Positions 10,008 to 18,920 of a stretch of 64,000 nucleotides of DNA are shown piece by piece (positions within the stretch are counted from its first letter, which is position 1; each line of letters opens with the position of its first letter). Source of the stretch: an uncultured Flavonifractor sp. (GTDB lineage Bacteria; Bacillota; Clostridia; Oscillospirales; Oscillospiraceae); NCBI GenBank assembly GCA_947346365.1, contig CANAAV010000005.1, positions 29,177 to 93,176 of the forward strand. The letters run 5' to 3'. The notes below the pieces were generated by a model. That model had not been told where the DNA came from and did no database searches. It was given only the letters and a program-made list of their open reading frames with translations. A program made the position numbers and the translations under genes.

Positions 10008-10055
10008 ATAAAAAAATCCCTCCACCAGTTCTCACAGGTGGAGGGATTTTTTTAT
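10008..10055. terminator. bidirectional intrinsic terminator between gluQ and the MFS gene
   Basis: AAAAAAATCCCTCCACC..GGTGGAGGGATTTTTTT perfect hairpin flanked by A and T runs. Confidence 0.7.
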
Positions 10056-11272
10056 GTGCGTGTACAGCCGCGCACGGCCGGCAGCGTCATTCCCAGCACG
10101 CCGCAGAGGATCGTCACCCCTCCGGAGAGCAGAAACCACACGGTCAGCCCGGCCCGTTCCGCCAGCAAGGCCGTAGCCGCCAGTCCCAGCGGGGAGGCCA
10201 GCGTCATGATCGCACCGGACAGTCCCAGCACCCGGCCCAGATATTCCGGCGCCACCTTTTCCTGGATCAGCGCCATAAAAACCGAGTTGAAAAACGGGCA
10301 CGTCAGCCCCATCACCAGGGACATCCCGGCAAACCACCAAAATCCTGAGGGCGGCAGCATTCCGGTGATTACCAACGCGCCGCCCATCGCAAAGACGGCG
10401 CTCATCATGGTTAAAATTTTGTCTTTTCCGCCACCCCATAACCCCAAAACCACAGAGCCCGCCAGCATGCCGAGAGAAAATGCCGTCTCTACCAGCGCCG
10501 CGGCGCCGGTATCCCGGCCAAAATACTGCATACTCATCAAAGGGAACAGGGCTGACACGGGCATAAACGCCACCGAAAACAGTGCGCAGATTAAGCACAG
10601 CTCCCACAGCCACCGGTAAGAGCGCAGTACGGCAAAGCCCTCCTTCGTGTCCTGCCACAGCCGCAGCTTCTGCCCCTGACCGTTCACCCGCAGGGCGGGC
10701 AGCCGGGCCAGCAGCAGTCCTCCGGTGGCGAAAACCGCGCCCAACGTATCCATCAAGAGCATCCAGTGCAGAGGCAGCGCCGCATACAGCGCCGCCGCCA
10801 GTGCGGGAGACAGCAGCATAGATACCGTCTGAATCCCTTGGCTCCATCCGGCGCATTTGCCCAGGGCCTCCGCTGGAGCAATCAGCGGCGTCACCGCCTG
10901 TAGGCAGGGGGAGTGGAACGCGCCGCCCACACTGCGCAGGGTGACCACCGCCAAAATGGGTCCTAATCCTAAGCGGCCCTGCAGGGCCAGCAGAGACAGC
11001 CCCAGAGAGAGCAGGCCGATGGATAGATCTGAAACCACCATAATCACCCGCCGGTCAAAGCGGTCGGCAAAGGCACCCGTAAACATACTCAGCACACCCT
11101 GGGGCAGCATCGCCACCAAGGTAATCAGGGAAAGCACCGTTGCCGACCCGGTAAGGTCCGTTACATACCAAATTAGGGCATATTGGGATATCATGCTGGT
11201 GAAGATAGACAGGGCCTGCCCTGTCCAAAGGGCGGCAAATTTCCGTTTCCAATGGGGAATCATGCGCATCAC
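10052..11272 (-). CDS. MFS transporter
   Basis: 406 aa; 12 predicted TM helices; MFS motif G(x)xADRxDRR (GAFADRFDRR). Confidence 0.85.
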   Translation of the reverse strand: MMRMIPHWKRKFAALWTGQALSIFTSMISQYALIWYVTDLTGSATVLSLITLVAMLPQGVLSMFTGAFADRFDRRVIMVVSDLSIGLLSLGLSLLALQGRLGLGPILAVVTLRSVGGAFHSPCLQAVTPLIAPAEALGKCAGWSQGIQTVSMLLSPALAAALYAALPLHWMLLMDTLGAVFATGGLLLARLPALRVNGQGQKLRLWQDTKEGFAVLRSYRWLWELCLICALFSVAFMPVSALFPLMSMQYFGRDTGAAALVETAFSLGMLAGSVVLGLWGGGKDKILTMMSAVFAMGGALVITGMLPPSGFWWFAGMSLVMGLTCPFFNSVFMALIQEKVAPEYLGRVLGLSGAIMTLASPLGLAATALLAERAGLTVWFLLSGGVTILCGVLGMTLPAVRGCTRT

Positions 11273-11301
11273 TCCTTTCCCAGCCGCGGTAAAGGAGTGA
11301 A

Positions 11302-11330
11302 ATCATACCACAGCTGCGCCCTCTTGTCAA
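11302..11330 (-). promoter_or_regulatory. sigma-A promoter for the MFS gene (-35 TTGACA, 17 bp spacer, -10 TATGAT on minus strand)
   Basis: minus-strand TTGACA (11325-11330) and TATGAT (11302-11307) directly downstream of the last phage-like gene. Confidence 0.55.
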
Positions 11331-11368
11331 GCGCAGCCGGCACCTCCCAACCGCCAGAGGCTTTGCGT

Positions 11369-11959
11369 TTACCCCGCGCAGTACGTCTCTTCCTCTTTTA
11401 CCAGCTTCTCCAGCTCCTCCCAGGTCAGCGCCATGCACTCAACCTCTTCCCAGGTCTGAAAGCGCTTTTCCATTAGTTCCCACGTGATATACCAGTATAC
11501 ATATAAGATGTTCAAATGGCATGGCAGGATATCTTCTATGATGGCGCGCATTTCCTCAAAGCGCTCTGGAATCCCCGGCACATCAGGAAAACGCACCTCC
11601 ACATGTCCGGGCTGCCCAGTTTCACTGGCCACGGCGTTCAGGCCGCAGCCTTTCAGATTGCTGTTGACAGCCTCCAAAGTAAAGCTGTCTCCCCCAATCC
11701 GCAGCAGCGCCGCCAATGCCTCTCTCCGCCGCTGCAGCGTATCCGCCACCGGTTTTTGCGCCAGCAGGCGTTCTATCGCGTCCAGTCCCGGTCCTTGGGC
11801 CGTAGAAACCAGCATCTCCCGTTCCAGCGCCTCCAGCCAGCCTCCGCAGCCGTCCAGCGCTGCCCCCTCGGCGGCCAGCTCCGCGCCGTTGTAGGAATTT
11901 TCCAGCCGGTAGACCCGCAGAGGGCGCAGCAGGTCTTTTAAATACTGTTCGTATCCCAT
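11369..11959 (-). CDS. XkdU-like phage tail protein (DUF2313/YmfQ family)
   Basis: 196 aa; immediately downstream of the baseplate J gene as xkdU is in PBSX; ATGA start/stop overlap. Confidence 0.6.
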   Translation of the reverse strand: MGYEQYLKDLLRPLRVYRLENSYNGAELAAEGAALDGCGGWLEALEREMLVSTAQGPGLDAIERLLAQKPVADTLQRRREALAALLRIGGDSFTLEAVNSNLKGCGLNAVASETGQPGHVEVRFPDVPGIPERFEEMRAIIEDILPCHLNILYVYWYITWELMEKRFQTWEEVECMALTWEELEKLVKEEETYCAG

Positions 11960-13011
11960 CAGGCCGTCTCCGTTACCGACAGCCGCTCCAGCCAGGGCAG
12001 CTCAGACCTGTCCACCGTTATGTCAGCCGCGGGCGCACGGAAAGCATAGTTCTCCACTCCATCTACGCTGTAGACCAGCCCGCCCAGCTTGGCCCGCAGT
12101 ATGTCCTGCCCCAGCAGCTTCCCGTCAAACCACCCCCGCAGGCGCTCCTCTACCCCGCGCAGCACCGCCGCCTTGTCCGCTCCCTTTCTGGGCGTAACAG
12201 AGACCTCCACGTTGACCGGCTTTATCTCGGGCGCCTTCACCTGTACGTCTACGGCAATCTCCCTGCGCGCGCGAAAGTACTCCTTCAGCTCCTCCAGCAG
12301 CGCATTCTCCGGCAGTCCGGCGGCCGTGGATACCACCACGTCCACCGTTCCCACGCCCCGGGGCCGCGGAATCACCACGGCCGCCGCCACCTCCGAAAAG
12401 GACATCGCCCCCTGCTGGTAAAAAGCGGCGTTGGCCCCGTTGGGCATCCGCTGAAAGGTCTCCAGTACCCGTACTCGCAGGGCCTCATCGTCCTCCCGGT
12501 CCGCTCCGCCGGAAAACGCCTCCGGATTACTGCACCGGCTGACGCCGATCGGAGCCACCGCCATGGCCCGTATGGAGCCCGCCGCCGCATTGCCCGCCGC
12601 TCCCGGCGTTACGGCACGCGCCCGTACCTCTGCGCTTGTCTCCTCCGCGCCCAAAACAGCGTCTTCCTCCGTTTCAAACCGCACCTGTCCCGCCGTCAGG
12701 CATACCGTTCCCGCCGGAATGGTCAAATCGGCCGCCGCCGTGCTGTCCCGCTCAAACCGGAGTACTCCCCGCGCGGCCACTGCCTCCCGCCGTTCCAGCC
12801 CCCGCAACTGGGCGTGGCGGTCCAAAAACTCCCCCTGGGCAGTCTGGGGAAAGCATTGCCTGCCCACCCAGTCGGCCTGTACATACAGCGCATAAATCTG
12901 CGCCGCCACCGCATACAGCCGCACCGCCATGTCCCCGTCCCCGGCCAGATTCATTCCGGTCTCCCGCCGAAAAACCTCTGCCATCTCCTGATAGATTTTC
13001 TCCACCGTCAT
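11959..13011 (-). CDS. baseplate J-like protein (XkdT-like)
   Basis: 350 aa; gpJ/Baseplate_J family features and position. Confidence 0.75.
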   Translation of the reverse strand: MTVEKIYQEMAEVFRRETGMNLAGDGDMAVRLYAVAAQIYALYVQADWVGRQCFPQTAQGEFLDRHAQLRGLERREAVAARGVLRFERDSTAAADLTIPAGTVCLTAGQVRFETEEDAVLGAEETSAEVRARAVTPGAAGNAAAGSIRAMAVAPIGVSRCSNPEAFSGGADREDDEALRVRVLETFQRMPNGANAAFYQQGAMSFSEVAAAVVIPRPRGVGTVDVVVSTAAGLPENALLEELKEYFRARREIAVDVQVKAPEIKPVNVEVSVTPRKGADKAAVLRGVEERLRGWFDGKLLGQDILRAKLGGLVYSVDGVENYAFRAPAADITVDRSELPWLERLSVTETA

Positions 13012-13404
13012 CTACCGCACCTCCGCCGTCACACGCAGCGTCTCGCCCCGCCAGAGCAGGTCCACTTTCAGACAGCCGTCCTCCCCCAGCTCTACCTGCT
13101 CCACCTCCAGCTCCGTCTCTCCCGCCAGGGCTTCCGCTACGTATTGCCGGGCCAGTCCCGTCCGCCGGGAGGGCGGCTGGCCGAAGAGCAGGTAGAGCCT
13201 GCTGCCCAGCTGGGGCAGCGGTGGGAACGCGCCGCACTGTATGCTCAGCTTCCATTGCACCCGCTGCAGTATCTCCTCGCTCTCCCCGCTGCGTACAAAG
13301 CCTCCTCGCCCGTCGCTCAGATAATCTCCATCTTGTACCTTCAGCTCCACGCCTATCCCTCCTGTACCAGGACGGGCTTGCCGTTGACCAGCACGTCCCC
13401 CCAC
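13012..13404 (-). CDS. XkdS-like baseplate protein (DUF2634, gpW-like)
   Basis: about 120-130 aa, position between XkdR-like and baseplate J; start may lie downstream of 13404 because the ORF overlaps the upstream gene. Confidence 0.5.
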   Translation of the reverse strand: MGGRAGQRQARPGTGGIGVELKVQDGDYLSDGRGGFVRSGESEEILQRVQWKLSIQCGAFPPLPQLGSRLYLLFGQPPSRRTGLARQYVAEALAGETELEVEQVELGEDGCLKVDLLWRGETLRVTAEVR

Positions 13405-13724
13405 ATGGAGATCGTCCCCGTGTTGCTCAGAAAAATAGACGCTCCGCCGCTGTAAATATAAATTTCGCCGGGCGCCAAGGCCAGATTACCGCCCTCCCGC
13501 ACCCCTGCCGCACAGGGCTGTTCTTTGTCGGCGCCCGCCTTAACCACCAAGATCTCCTGCCCCGCTCTGGGCCGCCAGGCATATCCGCCAGGTCCGAATA
13601 CCGGCATATCCCTCCGCTCGGCGCCCAGCACCGCACCCGCCGGGTCTCCGGGCAGCGTCACCCTCCCCACCTGGGCGGTCTCTTCCTGCCGCCGCTGTGT
13701 CTCGTTCCGTCTTGAAAGCCACAC
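13353..13724 (-). CDS. XkdR-like small baseplate/spike protein
   Basis: 123 aa; C-terminal GDVLVNGKPV resembling gpV/XkdR small beta proteins; synteny. Confidence 0.45.
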   Translation of the reverse strand: MWLSRRNETQRRQEETAQVGRVTLPGDPAGAVLGAERRDMPVFGPGGYAWRPRAGQEILVVKAGADKEQPCAAGVREGGNLALAPGEIYIYSGGASIFLSNTGTISMWGDVLVNGKPVLVQEG

Positions 13725-13760
13725 TGTGTCGATACTCCCCCTTGTCCATTTTCCGTCCGG

Positions 13761-14711
13761 CTACGGCAGCGTCCCCCTCTCGCCCAGGGTCAAAACCGTG
13801 TATGTCCCGCGGCTGTCCAGGCCGGAGGCGCTCTCCACCACCTGCCAGATCCCGCCGCACACATTCTGCTTCAGCGCCAGCTCCACCATATCGCCGGGCC
13901 ACGCCCGAAAAGCCCCCGGCAGCGTCACTTCCAGCCGCCGCAGCTCTTCCGCTGAGCGCCGGAGCTGGTACTCTCCAGAATAACGCATAGCCTGATAGCT
14001 GCTGCGCCCCGGCATGGTCAGCACCCTCCTGCACCGGCCGCCCCGGCCGGCAAAGGGCTCGTTGCGCACCTTCTGCACCTTGCCGCTGCTCCTCTCCCGC
14101 ACCAAAATTTCAGACAGCACCCCGTACCGCCGCTCCCGCAGGGTGAAAGCGGTCACCGCCGTGCTGCCGTCCAGGCGAATGCGCTCTCCCTCCTTCCATG
14201 GGGCGGCTGTCAGCCGCCCCATGCGGTCAAATCGGGGGGTCACACCCCCATAATAACGGCAGAATTCATAGAGCACCTGCCACTCGCTGCTTCCCGTAGC
14301 CACGGAAAACCCCGGCACAGAGGGCAGTTCCGCCAGTTCGGCCGTCTCAATTCCATAGGGGGCCACATGGTCCCGCAAGATATCCGCAAAACTGGCTATC
14401 TGGTAATCGCAGCCCAAAGCCTCATTGTCCAGCAGCAGGGCCGCCATGCCCCGTCCGGAGACGCTCAGCCGTCCGCCGCCGCCGTCCCAGCCGCATTCGA
14501 TCTCGTCCACTACGCCGGTGAAAACCCGTTCTCCGTTCTCATCCGCCGTAAAGCGAACCGCTTCCGCCAGTATTCCCGCCTCTTCCGGCTTCCAGAGGCA
14601 GGTCAAAAAAAAACTGTCGCAGGGAACGCCGCAGGCATATTCCATTTTCCAGCCTGTCATATCGGGCAGCGCGATGCGCCGCCCATCCCAGCACTCCAGC
14701 GTTCCTCTCAT
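13761..14711 (-). CDS. XkdQ-like baseplate hub / late control gene D-like protein
   Basis: 316 aa; follows the LysM protein with overlapping stop/start; size and position as xkdQ. Confidence 0.6.
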   Translation of the reverse strand: MRGTLECWDGRRIALPDMTGWKMEYACGVPCDSFFLTCLWKPEEAGILAEAVRFTADENGERVFTGVVDEIECGWDGGGGRLSVSGRGMAALLLDNEALGCDYQIASFADILRDHVAPYGIETAELAELPSVPGFSVATGSSEWQVLYEFCRYYGGVTPRFDRMGRLTAAPWKEGERIRLDGSTAVTAFTLRERRYGVLSEILVRERSSGKVQKVRNEPFAGRGGRCRRVLTMPGRSSYQAMRYSGEYQLRRSAEELRRLEVTLPGAFRAWPGDMVELALKQNVCGGIWQVVESASGLDSRGTYTVLTLGERGTLP

Positions 14712-15274
14712 CGCACGCGCACCTTCTCCCCCGTCAAAACGAAATTGGGATTTTTGATCTGGGGGTTAAGGGCAATCACCGCGCTCAGGCTGACCCCATA
14801 AGCCTGGGCAATTCCCCAAAGGGTCTCTCCCTGGCGCACGGTGTGCCAAAGGCCGCCTCCCCAAGCGGCGGAGGCAGCACCCTGCGCGTTCTTTTCCTCC
14901 ACCCGTATCCCTGTGTTGTGCCCGTCAAACCCCTCCCAGAAGGCAAAGGCATAGCGCACATAATCCGCTCTGGGCTCCTGCCTCAGAGAGAGTTCTACAA
15001 AGTAGGCGTCGGACGTCTGCCAAACCGGATGGATCAGCAGTCCCGGCCCGTCCTCGTAAAACACGCTGGCCAGCTGCTTAAACTGCTGATAGGCCTCCAG
15101 CCCTACAAACTCTCCCTCGCCCCTCATGATCCGTTTCGCGGGCCCCATGTCCTGGAGAAAATACCGTCCAAAGGGGACCTTCTGCTCTCCCATAACCCGT
15201 TCATATTCAATGGTATAGGTCCTGGGATTGTGCGGCCATACAAACCCTTTATACCGCATTGCCGCCAGCTTCAC
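14708..15274 (-). CDS. XkdP-like tail protein with C-terminal LysM domain
   Basis: 188 aa; C-terminal LysM motif (GETLWGIAQAYGVSLSAVIALNPQIKNPNFVLTGEKVRV). Confidence 0.75.
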   Translation of the reverse strand: MKLAAMRYKGFVWPHNPRTYTIEYERVMGEQKVPFGRYFLQDMGPAKRIMRGEGEFVGLEAYQQFKQLASVFYEDGPGLLIHPVWQTSDAYFVELSLRQEPRADYVRYAFAFWEGFDGHNTGIRVEEKNAQGAASAAWGGGLWHTVRQGETLWGIAQAYGVSLSAVIALNPQIKNPNFVLTGEKVRVR

Positions 15275-15295
15275 CGCCGGTGCACCTCCTCGCTT

Positions 15296-15958
15296 TTACA
15301 AAAGGGAAAAGCCCCCGTCATACCGTCTGGCGTCCCGTTCCAGCACTCGGTCCAGCTCCGCCGGCGAAAGGACTTCTTTGTAAACAGCGCCCTGCCGCAC
15401 CGCCGCAGCGGCCGCAGCGCTGCGCGGCTGTATCCGGTGCTCCAGCGCTGCCGCGCCGGCGCCCAGCCGGCGGTACAACCAGCCAGCCCCTGCCCTCTGC
15501 CTCAAGGGCGCCGCCCCTTCGCCCCCTGCTGACTGTTCCCGCATTGTACCCTCCTGCATATCCGGGGACTCCGGCGCAGTCCTCTGCGCTTCTAGGGCAG
15601 CTTGGCTCCTTTCCGCTCCCCGCTCTGGCCGCGCCGGTTCTGCGCCGCCCCGCTCCGCCCTTTTCTCTTTCCTGAGTTCCAGATCAATCGGACTGCGCGC
15701 CGCCCACCGCTTCAGCGCCCCGCCTGCGCCGCGGTATCCCTGCGCCCCATCCTGTTCCCGCAGCTCCGGCGCTGCGCGCCCCCACGCCGCCTCCCCGCCA
15801 CGGAAATCCGACCCGTCCGCCGTCTGTCCCGGTGCCTGCTCTCCCACCGGTTTTCTTCGAAGCAGCGCCATCCCTCCGGCTTCCAGCGCCACCCCCAGCT
15901 CATCCCGCTCCTGTTCCCGCTCTTGCTCCTCCAGCAGCAGCGCCAGATAGTCCGTCAC
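15296..15958 (-). CDS. putative very short tape measure-like protein (Ala/Arg/Glu/Gly-rich)
   Basis: 220 aa, low-complexity predicted helical; sits in the tape-measure position between chaperone GT and XkdP; ATGA overlap with upstream stop. Confidence 0.4.
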   Translation of the reverse strand: MTDYLALLLEEQEREQERDELGVALEAGGMALLRRKPVGEQAPGQTADGSDFRGGEAAWGRAAPELREQDGAQGYRGAGGALKRWAARSPIDLELRKEKRAERGGAEPARPERGAERSQAALEAQRTAPESPDMQEGTMREQSAGGEGAAPLRQRAGAGWLYRRLGAGAAALEHRIQPRSAAAAAAVRQGAVYKEVLSPAELDRVLERDARRYDGGFSLL

Positions 15959-16254
15959 TGTGCTTCCCCCCGCTCCAGCTGCCGGAACCGCTGTAGGTCA
16001 AAGCAGGGGTTCTCCCCCGCATCCTCCGCCGCGGCACCGCCGCACACCGGGCAGCGCGCCTGCTGCGCCTCCGCCCGGCAGGACGGACACAAATGAGACA
16101 GCTCTTCCTCCTGGTCCAGTATCAGATTCAGCGCGCACCACAGATAGTCTCTGGGCTTCATTTTCTGGGCCCGCTCCTCTGTGGGCAACGCCCCGAATGT
16201 TTTAAGCACATGCCAGCGCAGGCGTTCATCCGGCATGTGCTCTAGGCTTTTTTT
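15955..16254 (-). CDS. -1 frameshift extension of tail assembly chaperone (GT product), with C-terminal CxxC..CxxC zinc ribbon
   Basis: -1 frame open from the A7 site (16248-16254) to the stop at 15955-15957; fused product about 217 aa; CPSCRAEAQQARCPVCGG motif. Confidence 0.55.
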   Translation of the reverse strand, partial: KKSLEHMPDERLRWHVLKTFGALPTEERAQKMKPRDYLWCALNLILDQEEELSHLCPSCRAEAQQARCPVCGGAAAEDAGENPCFDLQRFRQLERGEAQ

Positions 16255-16607
16255 AGCCCCTGGCACCGTTCCTCTCCATCCTCCGGCGCCGGGTCCTCCG
16301 CCCGGTCGAACTGCGCCCACTGCCGGGCCAGCGCACCGATTTCTCGGGCCGTCATCCGCTCCAACGCTTCCGCCCCGGTTGAAAAGACAGCCTTTCCGTC
16401 TCGCACTAAGGCCCTCGCCAGCAGGCAGGCGTTGGCGCACAGGGCCTGCTCTTCCTCCCTTTGGGCAAGCTGCGCCGCCTCCCGCCGGGCCTGTAAAATT
16501 TCCCTTGCGCTCAGCAGCCGCAGGACGCTCCCATCTTCCAGCTGCATCTGCTCCCGCCCGTATAAGAAACCATGCTCCTCCATTTTCTTCCTCCCAGCGC
16601 GGCTCAC
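16242..16607 (-). CDS. tail assembly chaperone (XkdN-like, G product)
   Basis: 121 aa; between tube and tape-measure position; ends CTA AAA AAA GCC TAG with an A7 slippery run. Confidence 0.65.
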   Translation of the reverse strand: MSRAGRKKMEEHGFLYGREQMQLEDGSVLRLLSAREILQARREAAQLAQREEEQALCANACLLARALVRDGKAVFSTGAEALERMTAREIGALARQWAQFDRAEDPAPEDGEERCQGLKKA

Positions 16608-16993
16608 ACCGCCGTCTCAATCCGCTTCGTCGCCGTCACCGTAATCTTTTCCAGCACCATGTTCCCTAACGTCCCATTTTCACCGATGCTGCTCCACTGG
16701 CAGCCGGAGTAGATAATACGCCGGTCCGGCTTGCAGATCACTAGGCTGAAATCCTCCAGCTCATGAAAATTCAATCCATCCCGAATCGCCTCGTCCGTGG
16801 CGTAAAGCCGGGTCAGCTCAATCACATGGCTGCGCGGCCCCGCAATGGTCGCCACCGGCTCCTCCTCGCCAAAGGCCTCTATCACCTGGCTGCTGCGGGT
16901 GGTGCGCACGCTGTAGCTCTGCACCACGGCCACTTTCTTTCCCTCTGCCTCCAAATAAATGTCGCTACTGGTGGGAAATCCCGCAATTTTCAT
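16604..16993 (-). CDS. phage tail tube protein (XkdM-like)
   Basis: 129 aa; XkdM/DUF2001-like; immediately after sheath gene. Confidence 0.75.
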   Translation of the reverse strand: MKIAGFPTSSDIYLEAEGKKVAVVQSYSVRTTRSSQVIEAFGEEEPVATIAGPRSHVIELTRLYATDEAIRDGLNFHELEDFSLVICKPDRRIIYSGCQWSSIGENGTLGNMVLEKITVTATKRIETAV

Positions 16994-17009
16994 CTGTCAC
17001 TCCTCGCTC

Positions 17010-18038
17010 TCAAACGGTAATATGGGCGCTGATCCAAATCTGGTTGAGCCCATGGGCCACCGTAAAGGAAAACTCCACCAGGCACACGGTGGGCTCTTCC
17101 TCGTCCGCCCGGACATTGACTCCGCTGTAGCCGGTAATAATCTCCCGCGCCAGCTTATTTTCCAGCTCCATAATCACCTGGGAGCGGATCGCCCCCCGGC
17201 TCTGCTCGGTATTTTTCGCTCTGCGGAATCTACTGCGCAGGGCGTTGCGCACGGTGGGAATCACATCGTCCACTATGCGTATGGTGGTCAGCTCCCGCCA
17301 TGTGCTGTCCGATGCATCTCCGCTTTTGGTGCGGGTGGTAACGCCGCGCACCACGCTGACCTGGCCCAGCGTATATTCCAGGGGGGTCACCCCTCCCTGA
17401 ATCAACGTATCCAGTTCCGTGTCGTCAAAGCTGCGCTCTATTCCGTCCAGCCCCTGCAATACAGCGCCTCCCAGGGGAACAGCAGGGTCCCGCTCCGCGG
17501 CGATAACTCCCGCCACCGCCGCGGCTGCGGCGCCGTCCTTCCCCGCCGGCGCCGCCAGCACCACCCGTTCGCTGTTCAGGGCCTGCGCCCTTGCGGTAAG
17601 CTGGCTCACGTCCTCCTCCCCGCCGCCCTGTACTACCGCAATCCTCTCCCGTCTGGCCTCAGACGCGCTGTGCACGCTCTCCCGCAGCTTTTGCTGCACG
17701 CTTAGCTGTACGCTGTCGCACACCACAATGGAGATATCCTCTTCTCCCTGCAGCAGCGCAAACGCCGTATCATAGCCCTCCTCGGCCGCCACCGGAACAG
17801 CCTTCACCTGAGCCGCCCCGTTGAGGAAAAGCACTCTCGCCAGAGCGCTCAGGCCGTCTTCCGCCCCGAACTGATTTACCGCGTCCTCATAGCGGCTCAA
17901 AACATACAGCCGCCCCGCCGTGTCTTTGCCGCCCTTGGCCGCCAGGCCCACCACTCCGCCGCTCCCGCTGCCGCTGATTACTGCCGAGGCGTCATAGCTG
18001 GAATAGACCCCCGGCCTTTCATGCCTTGCCGTGCTCAA
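17010..18038 (-). CDS. phage tail sheath protein (XkdK-like)
   Basis: 342 aa; N-terminal ERPGVY motif typical of contractile sheath proteins. Confidence 0.8.
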   Translation of the reverse strand: MSTARHERPGVYSSYDASAVISGSGSGGVVGLAAKGGKDTAGRLYVLSRYEDAVNQFGAEDGLSALARVLFLNGAAQVKAVPVAAEEGYDTAFALLQGEEDISIVVCDSVQLSVQQKLRESVHSASEARRERIAVVQGGGEEDVSQLTARAQALNSERVVLAAPAGKDGAAAAAVAGVIAAERDPAVPLGGAVLQGLDGIERSFDDTELDTLIQGGVTPLEYTLGQVSVVRGVTTRTKSGDASDSTWRELTTIRIVDDVIPTVRNALRSRFRRAKNTEQSRGAIRSQVIMELENKLAREIITGYSGVNVRADEEEPTVCLVEFSFTVAHGLNQIWISAHITV

Positions 18039-18592
18039 ATCCTGCCCTCTCCTTTTACGATAAAGTCTAAAAATGCGCCGCCCTCATCCGCCACAGCGTA
18101 AAGATAGCCGTCGCAGATGGCCTGCGCCGGGCAGTGGAACAGTCCCATCCCCTGGTCGTATTCCACCTCTGTACAGGATATTTCCCGTATCTTCAATCCC
18201 GCCGGTCCCGCCTGGTGAAAGGCCTGGACCATCCGGTCAAACACCGCCCGGATGCCCTCCGCCCCGCACCCTTTAGGCGCGTACAGGTCCAGTCCGAACC
18301 TCAGTTGAATCTTCCGCCCGTACAGCTCTTCCCAGCGGCCGGCCTCCTCATTGTACCGCTCCCCCAGGTAGTCCTGGAATCCCCCCGGTCCCCCCTGACA
18401 GGCCCGCAGGGATACCGCCGCCGCCGCGCCCTCCCGGCGCGCTCTGGCTCCGTCTGGCCAGGCACATACCGCGTCAACTCCATGCTGCCGTAAAAATTCC
18501 GCCATCCGTTCCCTCGCCCGGTCCAGCGCCGCCGCTCTATCCTCCCTCCGGGGGGTGGGGCCCTGCAGCCCCGCCTTATATGCCTCCGGCAT
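18035..18592 (-). CDS. phage tail completion / XkdJ-like protein
   Basis: 185 aa; position between head-tail joining genes and sheath; translationally coupled. Confidence 0.4.
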   Translation of the reverse strand: MPEAYKAGLQGPTPRREDRAAALDRARERMAEFLRQHGVDAVCAWPDGARARREGAAAAVSLRACQGGPGGFQDYLGERYNEEAGRWEELYGRKIQLRFGLDLYAPKGCGAEGIRAVFDRMVQAFHQAGPAGLKIREISCTEVEYDQGMGLFHCPAQAICDGYLYAVADEGGAFLDFIVKGEGRI

Positions 18593-18920
18593 CTGGATCC
18601 CTCCGTTTCAAAATCGCCCGCCAGTGGTTTACCTGCCCGCCCAAATAGACCGGGCAGGCATTTACCACCTCGAATTTCTCTCCCTGCCACAGGATATATC
18701 CCGCTTCTATCCCCTCCAGGGAGAGTTGCGGATGCCCCAGGTACCGCCACCGCCCCTGGGGCGCTCCGCCCAGGGGCGTAGGCAGCGGATCCTGTCTCTC
18801 CTGCCTAAGCGGCTGTACAAATGCCTTGCCGCTTTCACCGCACTCCTCTTCTCCGCGGCAGACCTTCACCCGCTCCCCGTAACGCTCCAGCACGGCGGCA
18901 AACGCTTCTCCGGGGCTCAT
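18576..18920 (-). CDS. phage head-tail joining protein (XkdI-like)
   Basis: about 114 aa from ATG at comp(18918..18920) overlapping upstream stop (ATGA). Confidence 0.4.
   Translation of the reverse strand: MSPGEAFAAVLERYGERVKVCRGEEECGESGKAFVQPLRQERQDPLPTPLGGAPQGRWRYLGHPQLSLEGIEAGYILWQGEKFEVVNACPVYLGGQVNHWRAILKRRDPDAGGI

Noticed and set aside
15955-16620. Interpreting the overlapping 121-aa and 221-aa minus-strand ORFs as a frameshifted pseudogene of a single tail gene
   Set aside because: The overlap begins exactly at an A_AAA_AAA heptamer next to the stop codon, and the second frame ends in an ATGA junction with the next gene. That is the conserved G/GT programmed -1 frameshift layout, not random decay.
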